A DNA stretch of 64,000 nucleotides from Raja brachyura (taxonomy: Eukaryota), in NCBI GenBank assembly GCA_963514005.1, contig OY740787.1, forward strand, positions 72,106,001 to 72,170,000, written 5' to 3'. This document shows positions 1 through 12,447 of this stretch, piece by piece; positions within the stretch are counted from its first letter, which is position 1; the number at the start of each line of letters is the position of its first letter. Under the pieces are notes generated by a model that made no database searches, was not told where the DNA came from, and saw only the letters and a program-made list of their open reading frames with translations. The translations under genes and the position numbers were made by a program.

Positions 1-899
1 ATCTGAAACATAATTACGATAAGATCTGGAGCTCAATGGTTTGGCAGAAAACAAACTCAGCAGTAATCTTCTCTCCTTTGATTGATTTCTTTAATTAAAT
101 GATGTTTTATGCCAAGAACGCAGATGTATATGCTCCTGGGTTATCCCCCAATAAATTGGCACAATTGATACCTCTCTGCATCATTTTTATGCTCATTGAT
201 TCTCTTAAAACTGTTCATGATGTGACTCATTAAGGTTACCACCTCCTTCAATTCTGCTGTACAGAAGTTGGGCAATGCTTCTGTACTCCTCCATCTATCC
301 ATCCGTCTATACATAACTAAAACTCTGATCTTGTGCTCTTCCTGTTTGTGTGGCTTTTCTATTCGCACAAAAATGGTACACGATAGCGCTACAATTTGTC
401 TCCACCTTACTCACCATTCTCCTGTACTGCAAGTGCAACAAGTTTTGTTCCGATCTATGGTATATTTTAAAAGTTATTAAGGTATAAAAATCTTAAAAAC
501 CGCGTATGCCCAGATTGGCCTCTTCAGTCAGTCAGCGCCACGTAGATTGGTCTCCTCTCCTGTCAGTCAATGCCATGGCTGGGACAGCGACACTCCTTCC
601 TGCACCGTGGCATCTCCCGCCTCACCCACAAACTCCTCTCTCCCCTCCTCACAGTAACTTGTCTACTGTCTTACCCCACGGCCTTCTCAGAAATCTTCTC
701 TACCAGCTCGCCGAAACTCGTGGTGCACACCGTGACGAACACCAACTCCATCCCCCCCCTGCAGCCCGGCCCAGCGGCAGCAGTGAGCAGGCAGGCAGGG
801 CAGGCTGAGTGGAGCAGCGGGTTTGCGGGCAGGGACGGGCCGAGCGACAGCAGCATGCGGTCAGGCAGGAGTGTGCAGAGGGAGAGTCAGCTTGCAGGG

Positions 900-1039
900 N
901 NNNNNNNNNNNNNNNNNNNNNNNNNNNNNNNNNNNNNNNNNNNNNNNNNNNNNNNNNNNNNNNNNNNNNNNNNNNNNNNNNNNNNNNNNNNNNNNNNNNN
1001 NNNNNNNNNNNNNNNNNNNNNNNNNNNNNNNNNNNNNNN
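900..1039. other. Assembly gap (140 N)
   Basis: Run of N. Confidence 1.
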
Positions 1040-1109
1040 CAACGGGATCTAAACCACAGCTAACAACAAATGACCTGTGGAGGAAGGAACTGCAGATGCT
1101 GCTTTATAT

Positions 1110-1590
1110 GGAGGGGGGAGTGACTGAGGGTAGAGGAAGGGAGAGGTGAGGGGAGGATTGGGGATGGGAGGAGGATAGAGGAAAGATCCTGGGGAGGTGA
1201 GGAGGGAGTGTGGGGGGATTGAGAAAGAGGGGGTAGTGAGGGGGTAGTGAGTGAGAGGAGGGGAAGTGGGGGAGGTGAGGAGGGAGAGTGGGGAGGAGGG
1301 GAACTAGAGTGAGATGTGGGGGGAGGTAGGGAGTGGGGAATAAGGGAGAGGACAGTGGGGGTAGGGGGCGATGAGGAGTGGGTCAGTAGGGATAGTGGAG
1401 GGGGATAGGGGGTAATGAGGAGTGGGGGGTTGAGGGGGTCGGGAGGTGGAAGGATTATGGAGGGAAGGAGGAAGTGACTGAGGGAAGGGGAAAGGAGAGG
1501 GAGGGAGAGATTGAGGGAGGGGAGGAGGAGAGGGGAAAGAAGAGGGAGGGTGAAGAGGAGGGGGAGGGAGTGCTGGGGATGAGGGAAAAT
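1110..1590 (+). repeat. Purine/G-rich low-complexity tract
   Basis: Almost entirely G/A with many GGG(G) runs; it explains the Pro/Ser-rich and Glu/Gly-rich ORFs here. Confidence 0.9.
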
Positions 1591-1929
1591 GAGCCCCGCC
1601 TGCGCAGTTGGGGGCTATGCGTGAGTGATGGAATATTGTGTTGGGGGAACGGGTTGCGTTGGGGGAACGGGTGAGTGGTGGAATATTGCGTTGGGGGAGC
1701 AGACCCAACAGTTCTGCACTTAGTCTAGTCTATCGTCTAACTATCACTTTCTTTATGGAGAAATTTGGTATTAATTTGTCTTCCTTCATCCAAACTTTGA
1801 AATTTAATAACACATGGACAGAATTCAGATACAGTTGGATAGAATAAATCCTAGAGAATACTTTACCATCCATTGGCTATTTGTCATAACTCCTTAAATA
1901 TCCTATAGTGTTGTCTGTATTACTTACTA

Positions 1930-2640
1930 CAGGCAAAAGATAAATTGCTGGAGGAACTCAGCTCGTCAGGCAGCATCCATGCAGTGAGTTGGACAAAGGA
2001 TGTTCCCTTTTACAGACTGATGGAGTGGAGGGGAGGTAGCCATTAGAAAACGTCAAGACGAAGGGATGGGTCAAGAGATGTCACGTGATAGGTGGAACAT
2101 AGTAATGACGGGTTGAATCTGGTGGCGGAGAGAAGGGTGATGGTCACAACAGCTGGAGATGTGAAGACAAAAGGGTGCAAATGGTGGAATGTGATAGAAA
2201 AGGAAGGCGGATGGCGGCCAGAAGGGGATGGGGAAGGGAAAAAGATGGGGGACTGGAGCAACGAGAGGTGGGTGATGAGCAGATATAGCAGAAGGAGGAA
2301 GAAGGAATTAGACGACAGAGGGTGATCAGAGTGAAAAGAAAGATGTGCATGGGGGTGGAAAAAATGAGTAGATGAAGAGCGGTTGTGGGCTCACCTGAAA
2401 TTGGAGAATTCAGCATTCATGCCGTTGGGTTGCAGGCTACCCAAGCGGAATACGAAGCGCTCTTCTTCAAATTTGTGTGTGCCTCACTCTGGCAGTGGAG
2501 GTGATCAAGGACAGACTATGTCTGTATGGGAAGGAGTGAAGTGGCTCCTAAACAGGAGCTGCAGCTGGCCCTGGTGAACAGAGCATGAGTGTTCAGTGGA
2601 GCATATGCCTCGTCTACGTTTGGTCTCACCAGTGTCACCG
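1930..2640 (-). mobile_element. Old Penelope-like element 3' fragment
   Basis: Homologous to the GIY-YIG C-terminus and 3' end of the PLE at 49.8-51.2 kb (e.g. GGCTACCCAAGCGGAATA..., GCTGGAGGAACTCAGC...GGCAGCATC). Confidence 0.7.
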
Positions 2641-3006
2641 AACAAAGTTTTGTTTTTTCTGATTATAAAAATCTCACTTTTATTTATATTTAGGTTATTA
2701 TCATTTCAATAGCAGATGTTTCATACAAAATATAAGTTGGGAACAATGAAAGCAGTCTTGACGGTATATACACTTTAGGATCTTATCATGTACTGCGAAT
2801 GCTGATTGACACTATTAAATTAGGTGCCGTGCCTCAAATCATAACGCCAGGTATGATTCCTCTCCATTGAGATATCATGTGGATTAATGCCTGAAAACAC
2901 ACACTGTGCTATTAAGTTGAATGTCATGGAACAAATAAAACTGTCCAATTTGTTAATTTCCAAGCATGTACCTTGTCTGAAGGATGGAGGCAATGGAGAG
3001 CAGAGC

Positions 3007-3753
3007 TCAGATTCAGATTCAATTTTAATTGTCATTGTCAGTGTACAGTGCAGAGACAACGAAATGCATTTAGCATCTCCCTGGAAGAGCGACACAGCAA
3101 ATGATTTGGATAAATAACAATAAGTGTCCGGGGGGGGGGGGGGGGGGGGGTGATTGGCAGTCACCGAGGTACGTTGTTGAGTAGCGTGACAGCCGCCGGA
3201 AAGAAGCTGTTCCTGGACCTGCTGGTTCGGCAACGGAGAGACCTGTAGCGCCTCCCGGATGGTAGGAGGGTAAACAGTCCATGGTTGGGGTGAGAGAGGT
3301 CCTTGGCGATGCTGCGCGCCCTCCGCAGACAACGCTTGCTTTGGACAGACTCAGTGGAGGGGAGCGAGGAACTGGTGATGCGTTGGGCAATTTTCACCAC
3401 CCTCTGCAATGCCTTCCGGTCGGAGACAGAGCAGTTGCCATACCAAACTGTGATGCAGTTGGTAAGGATGCTCTCGATGGTGCAGCGGTAGAAGTTCACC
3501 AGGATCTGAGGAGACAGATGGACCTTCTTCAGTCTCCTCAGGAAGAAGAGACGCTGGTGAGCCTTCTTGATCAGAGTTGAGGTATTGTGGGTCCAAGAGA
3601 GGTCGTCGGAGAGGTTGACTCCCAGGAACCTGAAGCTAGAAACACGTTCCACCTCCGTACCGTTAATGTGGATGGGGGTGTGCGTGCCGCCCTTGGACTT
3701 CCTGAAGTCTACAATGAGCTCCTTGGTCTTCTTGGAGTTAAGGGCCAGGTTGT
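3007..3753 (-). mobile_element. Rex1/Babar-clade LINE, 5'-truncated
   Basis: ORF 3161-3652 reads ERVSSFRFLGV...KKAHQRLFFLRRL...LLPSGRRYRS, the RT C-terminus typical of Rex1. It ends in a short tandem (CTGAAT)n tail. Confidence 0.85.
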
Positions 3754-4299
3754 CAAACTACATTTTGAGTACATGACAAGAAAACCAGAGTAGAACTGTA
3801 AAATCGTTACGTTATCTCATTTCTCACATAGGGAGAGAATACCGCCATACTTCCAACTTTTCAAATGAGAACAAGGAGAATACATTAGATGCCATTATAA
3901 GCCAACTAGAAATAGTAGACAATTACCACTTCTTTATTTACAACCAAGAGCAAGGAGAAATATTTAATATTTAACAGAGCTGGAATTGTTTGCAAATAAC
4001 TGCAATTTGATGTACTCATCAAATAGAATTGCTTGTGAAATTCTGGAATCCAGCCTGAGGAAATGGCTGCTAGGTGGGATGCAAGGTGCATCCAGACATC
4101 CGAAGTTTTCCAAAACCAGGCTACAAATGGTAGATAGCAGAAGATACATGCAGTGAAGTGCAAGAAAAGGTTCAGGAAAGTGAAAATATTGCTAAAGAAA
4201 TGCATATGGGAAAATGCACGCACAATGTGAATTGAAGTTTAATTTCTTCAAAGTTCAGAATGGAGGAGGTGAACTGTGCACGGACAAAGATAAGGTAAG

Positions 4300-5076
4300 T
4301 CAAGTCAAGTCACTTTTATTTCTATAGCACATTTAAAAAACAACTCTCATTGGACAAAGTGCTTTACATTGGTGGAGGTACTAACGTTACACAACAGTGG
4401 TTCATAGATTAAGTACATACATAAATACATACATATAGCCCTCCCTCAGAGGACGTCAAGAAATGCTTGAGAGTAAAGATGATTTTTAGTCTCGATTTAA
4501 AGGAGTCGATGAAGGGGGCAGTTCTGATGGGAAGAGGGATGCTGTTCCACAGCCTAGAAGCTGCAACCGCAAAGGCATGGTCGCCCCTGAGCTTATGCCT
4601 AGACCGCGGGATGTTCAGTAACCCCAAGTCAGACGATCTGAGGGACCTGGAGGTGGTGTGGTGGGCAAGCAGACTTTTGATGTAGGTGGGGGCAAGCCCG
4701 TTAAGGGCTTTGTAGACATAAAGAAAGATCTTGAAATTTATTCGGAACCGCACTGGGAGCCAGTGGAGAGGCCAGAATCGGGGTGATATGGTCCCTTTTT
4801 CGGGTGACCGTCAGGAGTCCTGTTGCGGCATTTTGGACCAGTTGCAGGCAGGACAGGGAAGATTGGCTGATGCCAGTGTAAAGGGAGTTGCAGTAATCGA
4901 GGTGGGAGGAGATAAATGTGTGGATGATCTTTTCGAGGTCATCAAACTGGAGGAATTGTTTTATTTTAGCTATTGTCCGAAGCTGGAAGAAGCTAGCTTT
5001 TACCACGGCATTGACTTGTTTGTCAAATTTCAATGCTGAGTCAAATATGAGGTAATTTTGTCAAATTTCAATGCTG
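4300..5076 (-). mobile_element. L2-clade LINE, 5'-truncated
   Basis: ORFs contain LDYCNSL, LQLVQNAA, HITPILA and RINFKI..KALNGLAP.YI, all L2 motifs. AATAAA plus a (GACTT)n tail; probable TSD AGGTAAG at 4293-4299 and 5077-5083. Confidence 0.85.
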
Positions 5077-5670
5077 AGGTAAGATTCAGACCACTAAAGA
5101 ACCAAAGGTGAATTCTGAGAATGGACACTCACTGTGACAAAACGTTGGTGCAAGAGCATTCAGTGATATTTCAACTTAAAAAAAGGTTGAGTTTTATTCT
5201 TTTGACAGATGTATTTATTGCTTGCAAGCCTGCTGAGCCAGCATGTGTCAGCCAACTACAACCCAAATAGAAAATACGGCATAGTCGAAGGATCAGGCAA
5301 GAATACAAGATACTCCCCAATGTACTATTCTTACTGATTTGGAGGAGAATCATAATTGGAACGTAACATTTCATGGATCTATTATTTCCCTGCACCCATG
5401 CGATTTTACCATCAATTATCCTGCAATTTTAAAAGAAAAACAAGTCTTGCATCATCTAACTGAATGCTTCAAATACACTAGAGATTCCTTCTTTCGATTG
5501 AGCATTTGACCTCCATTTGTAACTAAACAGTATTTCCCAATCCCTTTGTCTGCAGTGGAATTTTGTCTAATCCAATCATCAATCAGAATATGTTGGCCCA
5601 AGTGTTCCTCAGGACAACTTCCTGATAGTGCTCAATTAACCAAGGGCACTTCAGCTACATCATTGTGTTT

Positions 5671-5765
5671 GTCTGAAGAAGGGTTTCGACCCGAAACGTC
5701 GCCTATCTCCTTCGCTCCTTAGATGCTGCTGCACCCGCTGAGTTTCTCCAGCCTTTTGTGTACCC
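5671..5765 (+). mobile_element. 95-bp PLE-derived insert with hammerhead motif
   Basis: 11-bp TSD TCATTGTGTTT at 5660-5670 and 5766-5776; the sequence matches the PLE 3' end. Confidence 0.85.
5673..5700 (+). ncRNA. Minimal type I hammerhead ribozyme motif
   Basis: CTGAAGA-A-GGGT(TTCG)ACCC-GAAA-CG-TC: CUGANGA core, UUCG-capped helix II, GAAA, palindromic ACGU in place of helix III and a GUC cleavage triplet. Helix I is very short. Confidence 0.7.
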
Positions 5766-6799
5766 TCATTGTGTTTTAAGTCCAGTGGTAATCTAGTGAC
5801 TCATCCATATATTAGACAAATTATACATCCATTTCCACGATGAAAATGGAACAACGGTTCTGTATTCTCCTCAACCACAGCAAGAACCTGGCTTGGTTCG
5901 AAACTGAAGTTCTGAACAAATACTTCTCCAGCTCAGAAATCCCTTACGTTTGCATTTTTGTCATGCATTCTTTCATTTTCAATTGTTTGTTCTGTGCTAT
6001 TATTTTTCAAATTGGGAATGATGAGATCCCAGATTGACTTCAACTTCCTTGCCAAGTATAACTCACCTGGAGATAGTTCAGTTGCAGACTGCAGTGTAAT
6101 GATGTAACTGAACAGGAACTAAAACACATTGATTTCATTGCTGCCTCTGCATTTTCTTGATTCCTTCTTGAGCCTTCCGCCTCTGTCAATCTGTTATAGG
6201 AGGGATGAAATGGGGCAGAAGTCATACTATATTGGATTCAAAATTGGCTGGATCTTAGGAACAGGAGGGTAATGGAGAAAATTGCTCTCTGTTGGAAGTC
6301 TGTGACCATTGGTGCACCACAGGGATCAGCGTGGGATTCTTCTGGTTTGTGATATGTATTAAAAACTTGGATGTGAATGTGGGATGAATATGTCAGTTTA
6401 ACAATATTCTAACAGATAAACAATGACTAAATTGAACACAATCCTTAGTTTAATTTTATAAATTTGGAAACTAAAGGATCTTTTTTCCTTCAGTCTTTCC
6501 TACTTCAAACTTTATATTCCATGTTCACTTTTGATTCATAAATAGTTTTAGCTGCTCCTTGCAAACCCTGGGAGAAAGTAGTATTTGAATATCTTAATCA
6601 ATGCCTAGCATCACCAACTCATACTCTATTATGAACAATGATAAAGTCAGATGACCTCTCTCCAAAAGGTCTTGCAACAATTAGCACTTGCATTTTCTGC
6701 CTTTGTGATAAAATACAGAACTGGAACATTTTGTTACATGCACAGTATTTTCACAGGGGACACATCTTGTTTAACCCATCATGGTTGACAACTTCTCGT

Positions 6800-7470
6800 T
6801 CCTAGGCTTTAATATCATCAGCAATCTAACCTAGTCTCTTCACATTGATGTGGTAATCAAGAAAGGACATCAGCACATTACCTTTCTTAGGTATTGGCAT
6901 GTACACGAGGATTCTCTGCAGATGTGCAACAGAAAGTATTCTGACAGTATGCATCTAAGCCTCGTAGAGCAATAACTCTCTCTTGACCATCTGAACCTGC
7001 AGAGTGGTGAACATGGCCTTGTCCATCACAAGCTTGTCACTTCTTTTGATCAGCCCATTCTTGCAGTCTGTTGCATCAGGAAGGTGGGAAGAACTGTCAA
7101 GGATGCCTACCAATGTGGCCATTCCCTTTTCTTTTTTCTTCCTTTTGGGAGAAGTTACAGGAGCTGTAAAGCATAGACAGCCAGAATTAAGGACAGCGTC
7201 TTCCACACTGCTACATTCTCCTCCACCGATCACTTCTCACAACCACTTCTCAGAGGTGATGATAATTATTATTCCTCTTAACTATCTCAATCAGTCATTT
7301 GCACTTTATTTTTTGTACCTTCAGATTACTCAACGACCTTTGCACTATTCTGCTGTTTTACCATTGTCATTGCATTTATTGTTCGATCTGTTTTACCTTG
7401 TTTAGTCTGCAAATTTCATGCAAACAAGGAATGTCATTGCACTCTAGTCCATTTAACAATACACATGTAA
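6800..7470 (+). mobile_element. Old Rex1-like LINE 3' fragment
   Basis: Decayed similarity to the Rex1 C-terminus (TCAAGAAAGGACATCAGC..., CCATTC...AGAAGTTACAGGAGC) and a GAATGTCATTGCAC-type tail. Confidence 0.5.
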
Positions 7471-8199
7471 TCTGATCATAATCCAGACCCAACAGTTAAA
7501 TATGTGGAAAACATTAACTTTGACAATGAGCACATTTCCATTTTGCTGATCAGTCTCACACCACAGTCCAGCTTATACTTCAACTGGTTAAAAATAATGG
7601 TTGTGAAGCATTCTCACAATGAGCCTCAATGATATTCTGCCAGGAGCAATACGTTGACAGGCTGCAAGCCTCATACCCACATCATCCAGCATGCACTGAA
7701 TGCCAGCTATTCAACTTTGATTGACACATCATTCAAACACATTCTGTTGACATACATTCCTCTAGTTTAAATGTCAATACATCACAGAGCAAGAGGCATC
7801 AACAGCTACCTCACAGGGGATGAGGTCAGCTCCATGCCCTTATCCCAAAGGAAGAGGCAGTGTTTTCCATAACCCGAACAGCATTACTTAAGTTAAAGCC
7901 ATCGGAAATGAAATGATAGATAACTATACTCTCATGTTAAATCCTTTTGCATTATACTTCCCAACTTTTGCACAATATCCTCTCATATCTGATTCATAAA
8001 TGTGTTCACATGCACCTCTCATTTTCCCCTCATCATGCTATCTATGTGCCCCTTTCCTTTCAGATATCAGCACAGTGCAGCCTGACCAAACACTGCTGTA
8101 AGAACAACAGGACTAGTAATATCGATAAATTCAGTTGTAGTGACCAACTTGGACAATTAATTTGCAAATAACTTGAGGTGGAATCTGCATATAGCAAGA

Positions 8200-9230
8200 C
8201 ATTGGACAACATTGGATGTTGGGGGGTAGAATGCTGACATGGATAGGAAATTGGTTGGCAGACAGGAAACAAAGAGTACGGATTAACGTGTCCCTTTCAG
8301 AATGGCAGGCAGTGACTAGTGGTGTATCACAAGGCTCGGTGCTGGGACCGCAGCTATTTACAACATACATCAATGATTTAGATGAAGGGATTCAAAGTAA
8401 CATTAGGAAATTTGCAGACGACACAAAACTGGGTGGCAGTGTGAACTGTTGGGTGAGTGAGCAGATGGGCATGGCAGATGCAGTTTAATGTGGATAAATG
8501 TGATAAAAGGGGAAGTACAACGGGATCTGGGCGTCCTTGTTCATCAATGAAAGTAAGCATGCAGGTACAGCAGGCAGTGAAGAAAGCGAATGGCATGTTG
8601 GCCTTTATAACAAGAGGAATTGAGTACAGGAGCAAGGAGGTCCTTCTGCAGTTGTATAGGACCCTAGTGAGATCACAGCTGAAATATTGTGTGCAGGTTT
8701 GGTCCCCTAATTTGAGGAAGGACATTCTTGCTATTGAGGGAGTGCAGCGTAGGTTTACAAGGTTAATTCCTGGGATGCCGGGTCTGTCATATGCTGAGAG
8801 AATGGAGCGGTTGGGGTTGTATACTCTGGAGCTTAGAAGGATGAGAGGGGATCTTATTGAAACATATAAGATTACTAAGAGTTTGGACACGCTAGAGGCA
8901 GGAAACATGTTCCCGATGTTGGGAGAGTCCAGAACCAAGGGTCACAGTTTAAGAATAAGGGGTAAGCCATTTTGAACGGAGACGAGGAAACAGTTTTTCC
9001 TCACAGAGAGTTGTGAGTCTGTGGAATTCTCTGCCTCAGAGGGCGGTGGAGGCTGGTTCTATGGGTACTTTCAAGAGAGAGCGAGATACGGCTCTTAAAG
9101 ATAGCGGAGTCAGGGGATATGGGGAGAAGGCAGGAATGGGGTACTGATTGGGGATGATCAGCCATGATCACATTGAATGGCAGTGCTGGCTCGAAGAGCC
9201 GAATGGCCTACTCCTGCACCTATTATCTAT
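8200..9230 (+). mobile_element. CR1-clade (HER1-like) LINE 3' fragment
   Basis: ORFs contain GVSQGSVLGPQLF, KFADDTKLGG and EGVQRRFTRLIPGM; the 3' tail is GAATGGCCTACTCCTGCACCT. Confidence 0.9.
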
Positions 9231-10744
9231 AAGTTGCTCTCAAGGATAAAGGGAGAAAAGACCACACAAGTGGCAGCTCCCATGAAGGAAAGTTTGCGCA
9301 TGGATTCTGCTCCAGAAGATTCAGATGAGGTTACAAAGGGTGGCTGATACGCACATACAGTGAAATCATTGGTGCAACATCATAAAGCCCTCGTTCAATA
9401 ACAAGGAGTTGAAAGATTGGCAGCAGTTTGCATAGGACTTCGCGGATGGCTTGAAGCTTATGCTTCCCAGCACAAAGTAGCAATCAAATCCATTAACATA
9501 GTCAGAGAGCCAGTCTCCACGTTGAATCTGAAGAGTGATGTCTCGCTTATCAATATAATATGCACAAAGGTCATTCAATATCTGAGTGTTGCAGTGGATG
9601 CTCAAATCATGCAACATCAACTTCCTGTCATTAAACTTAGATAGTCCCACGCACATTCAGTAACATTTCTATGCAAATCCAGATGAGAATTTGATTATCT
9701 TATGTCATAAGTTTATGACTTGCGTATTGACTCATAAACTTGTGGTTTAACAGGTTGACTCAAATGCAGATGGAAAAATGGACAGAGAATATCAGAACAA
9801 CCACCTCTAAAACCTCTCTCCAAATACACACCCATACTGAGTATTCCAAGAAATTTCTACTTTAATTAATATTAAAACTATCTGCATTATTTTGTTTTTG
9901 AAACCATCATGATTTGCTGTCATGGTAACATACAAGCAGTATATTTTTGAGTCTTAAAGGCTGCTGAGAGCAGGTGTTTGGGAGATCTGAGGGCGAGTTG
10001 CTTATTCGGGACACAGTAGCGAGGTAGGGCTGTTGGTGCAGCATTGTGGTACTATAACAATTAAATGAAAGTACAGGACTTACCACGGAACAATTCATCA
10101 CAGCACGAAGAGGATCCAGCAATCCAGACAGGATTCAATAGTGGTAATTTTCAAGCTTGCCCACAATGTTTCAAAAGCAATGTTGCATCAGCATTAAGTC
10201 ACCAGCTGAAAACAGAAGTTGCATCAACACTGTACATTTCACCAGCTGCAAGGGCTGTGAATCCTTAGTTCTGGAGTGATGCCCAAGGCAGACATGTGTC
10301 GATTTTTGGATAGTAGCCTAATGAAGGGAGATGGGGATAGTTGAGCAATGTAGAATCGTGAGTGGACACAAAATGCTGGAGTAAATCAGCGGGACAGACA
10401 ACATTTCTGGAGAGAAGGAATGGGTGATGGGTCAAGACCCTTCTTCAGACATTTTTGTCTGCTCCACGTTAAATCATGACACCTCTTTGAATAGTTGAAG
10501 AGCTTAAAAGGCTAATAGCATCCAATAACAATACTTTGAGAGTCTGCATGTAGAGTTAAATATTGAAATGTGAAAGTTGCCCTCCGTGTTACCTTTCTCC
10601 TGCATGGCCTGTGCTATAAACCTCACCAATAAATTCAGTTATATCATTACAAGGGAATAAAACAATAAAATTTCACCACATACAGCAATAAAATGTTACA
10701 TTGGTGCATTCAGATCTCAGCAAAGTTTTACAATGGAAGTCATT

Positions 10745-11079
10745 ATTTAGTTTAGTTGAGAGATACGGAACGGAAACAGGCCCTTCTCCGGCCCACGATC
10801 AGGCCCTTCTTCGGCCCACGATCAGGGATCCCCACACATTAACACTACCCTACACCCACGAGGGCCAATTTTTATATTTACCAAGCCAATTAACCTACAA
10901 ACCTGTACCTCTTTGGAGTGTGGGAGTAAACTGAAGATCTCGGAGAAAACCCACGCAGATCGCGGGGAGAATGTACAAACTCCATACAGACAGCACCCGT
11001 AGTCAGGATCGAACCTGGGTCTCCGGCGCTGCATTCACTGTAAGGCAGCAACTCTACTGCTGTGCCACCGTGACCGCGC
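10745..11079 (-). mobile_element. HE1-type V-SINE (tRNA-derived)
   Basis: The minus strand has box A TGGCACAGCAG, box B GGTTCGATCC, the V-domain TGCGTGGGTTTTCTCC and a CR1-derived tail ending in (TAAAC)n. There is a short internal tandem duplication at about 10777-10828. Confidence 0.85.
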
Positions 11080-11517
11080 CAAATAATCCAACATTGCAAT
11101 TCCGAGGTTTCATTCTATATCTTTTTTACTCTCTAATATCTTCATGTATTTCCTTTATTTCCCAAAATGTATCATTAGGTAAAATATACTTATTCCCATC
11201 TCCTGATAAGCCTCTATGTGTCCAGTGAAAATTCATGAATCTCACTGATTGAACTGCTACACTGCTGCCTCTCTGCTTACAGGCATTATTGATTTCCTAT
11301 AGTAGGCACTATACTATATAAATTGATTGGTGGTTGTAACATACAGCTCAGACATCAGAAATTTATTGTTTGTGGACAAACAAATATTAGGATATAGAAT
11401 AACAAATACTATTCCTCATAGAAACCAGGAACTGAAGATTCTGGTTGACATAAAAGGACACTAAGTGCTGGACTAATTATGGTGGGCAGGCAGCATATCT
11501 GAAGAACATCGATACGT

Positions 11518-11545
11518 GACGTTTCGGGTCGGGATCCTTCTTCAG
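11518..11545 (-). ncRNA. Minimal hammerhead motif in a PLE 3' fragment (about 11420-11551)
   Basis: The reverse complement reads CTGAAGA-A-GGATCCCGACCC-GAAA-CG-TC; the core is intact with one helix II mismatch. Confidence 0.6.
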
Positions 11546-11779
11546 ACTGAGTACTTTGAATGCAAAATCTATAGCTAGATATGATCCCCATTTCCAGTGT
11601 AATCCAACTAATTATTCCCCTGTATTTCATTAAAAAAATGATAATTGTTTCACATTTCTAGGTATAATATGACTGATGGACAGATTATGTGATTTCATTT
11701 CAATAGACTGTCAGTGTCATTGTAAAAGTAAAAACTATGATGAGCTGAAAAATTCACCTGACAGACTCTGTGGTTGAAA

Positions 11780-12255
11780 GAGGATATCCTGGGAATGATT
11801 GGGTTAATGTGTGAGGAGCATTTGAAGGCTCTGAGCCTGTACTCGCTGGAGTTTACAAGGATGAGGGTGGATGTCATTGAAACCTACCGGATAATGAAAA
11901 GCCTAGACAGAGTGGACGTGAAAAGGATGTTTCCAGTAATGGGAGAGTCGGGAACCAGACGGCACAACCTAAGAATAACAGGATTTATCTTCAGAATGGA
12001 GGCGAGGAGGGATTTCTTTAGCCAGGGGGTAGTGATTCTGTGGAATTCATTGTCACAGATGGTGGTAGAGGCCAAGTCATGGAATATTTTTAAAGTGTGG
12101 ATTCATAGGGTCTTGATTCGTAAGCGTGTCAAAGGTTACGGGTAGAAGGCAGAAGAATGGGATTGGGAGGGAAAAATAGATCACACCGGATTGAGTTACA
12201 GAGTAAACTCAACAGGCTGAATTGCCTAATTCTGCCACTACGTCTTCTGGTCTAA
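11780..12255 (+). mobile_element. CR1-clade LINE 3' fragment
   Basis: ORF LYSLEF.RMR.DVIETY...FFSQGVV.LWNSL, plus a CR1 tail. Confidence 0.85.
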
Positions 12256-12447
12256 GTATAAACAGATTCAAATAAATGTGAAGGGTTTCACATTGCTCAG
12301 GGTTTTGATTATTTTAATAGACTAACCAGAAATTGGTTCTGTGAAGGTGGAACTTTCAAACAATCATTATATTACTTCCTTCAGACACATTTGTTAAGCA
12401 TTTATTATTTGTGCAACCCTTATAGATAAACATCTTAAAAAAATATA

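Larger units (their letters stand above)
306..1728 (+). mobile_element. Non-autonomous Helitron (interrupted by an assembly gap; may be two copies)
   Basis: The 5' end TCTATACATAACTAAAACTCTGATCTTG is shared with other copies. The 3' end has a degenerate hairpin GCAGACCC-AAC-AGTTCTGC, then ACTTAGT-CTAG (1725-1728) followed by T. Subterminal GTGGTGGAATATTGCGTTGGGGGAACGG repeats are present. Confidence 0.7.

Noticed and set aside
1620-1700. GTGGTGGAATATTGCGTTGGGGGAAC repeats resembling a 16S rRNA motif or CRISPR-like repeats
   Set aside because: The similarity is short, with no further rRNA homology. Units are adjacent without unique spacers and sit subterminally in Helitrons of a vertebrate genome.
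10990-11079. tRNA-like A and B boxes (also at about 52640-52717 and 60459-60520)
   Set aside because: These are SINE heads continuing into a V-domain and LINE tail; there is no cloverleaf, so they are not tRNA genes.
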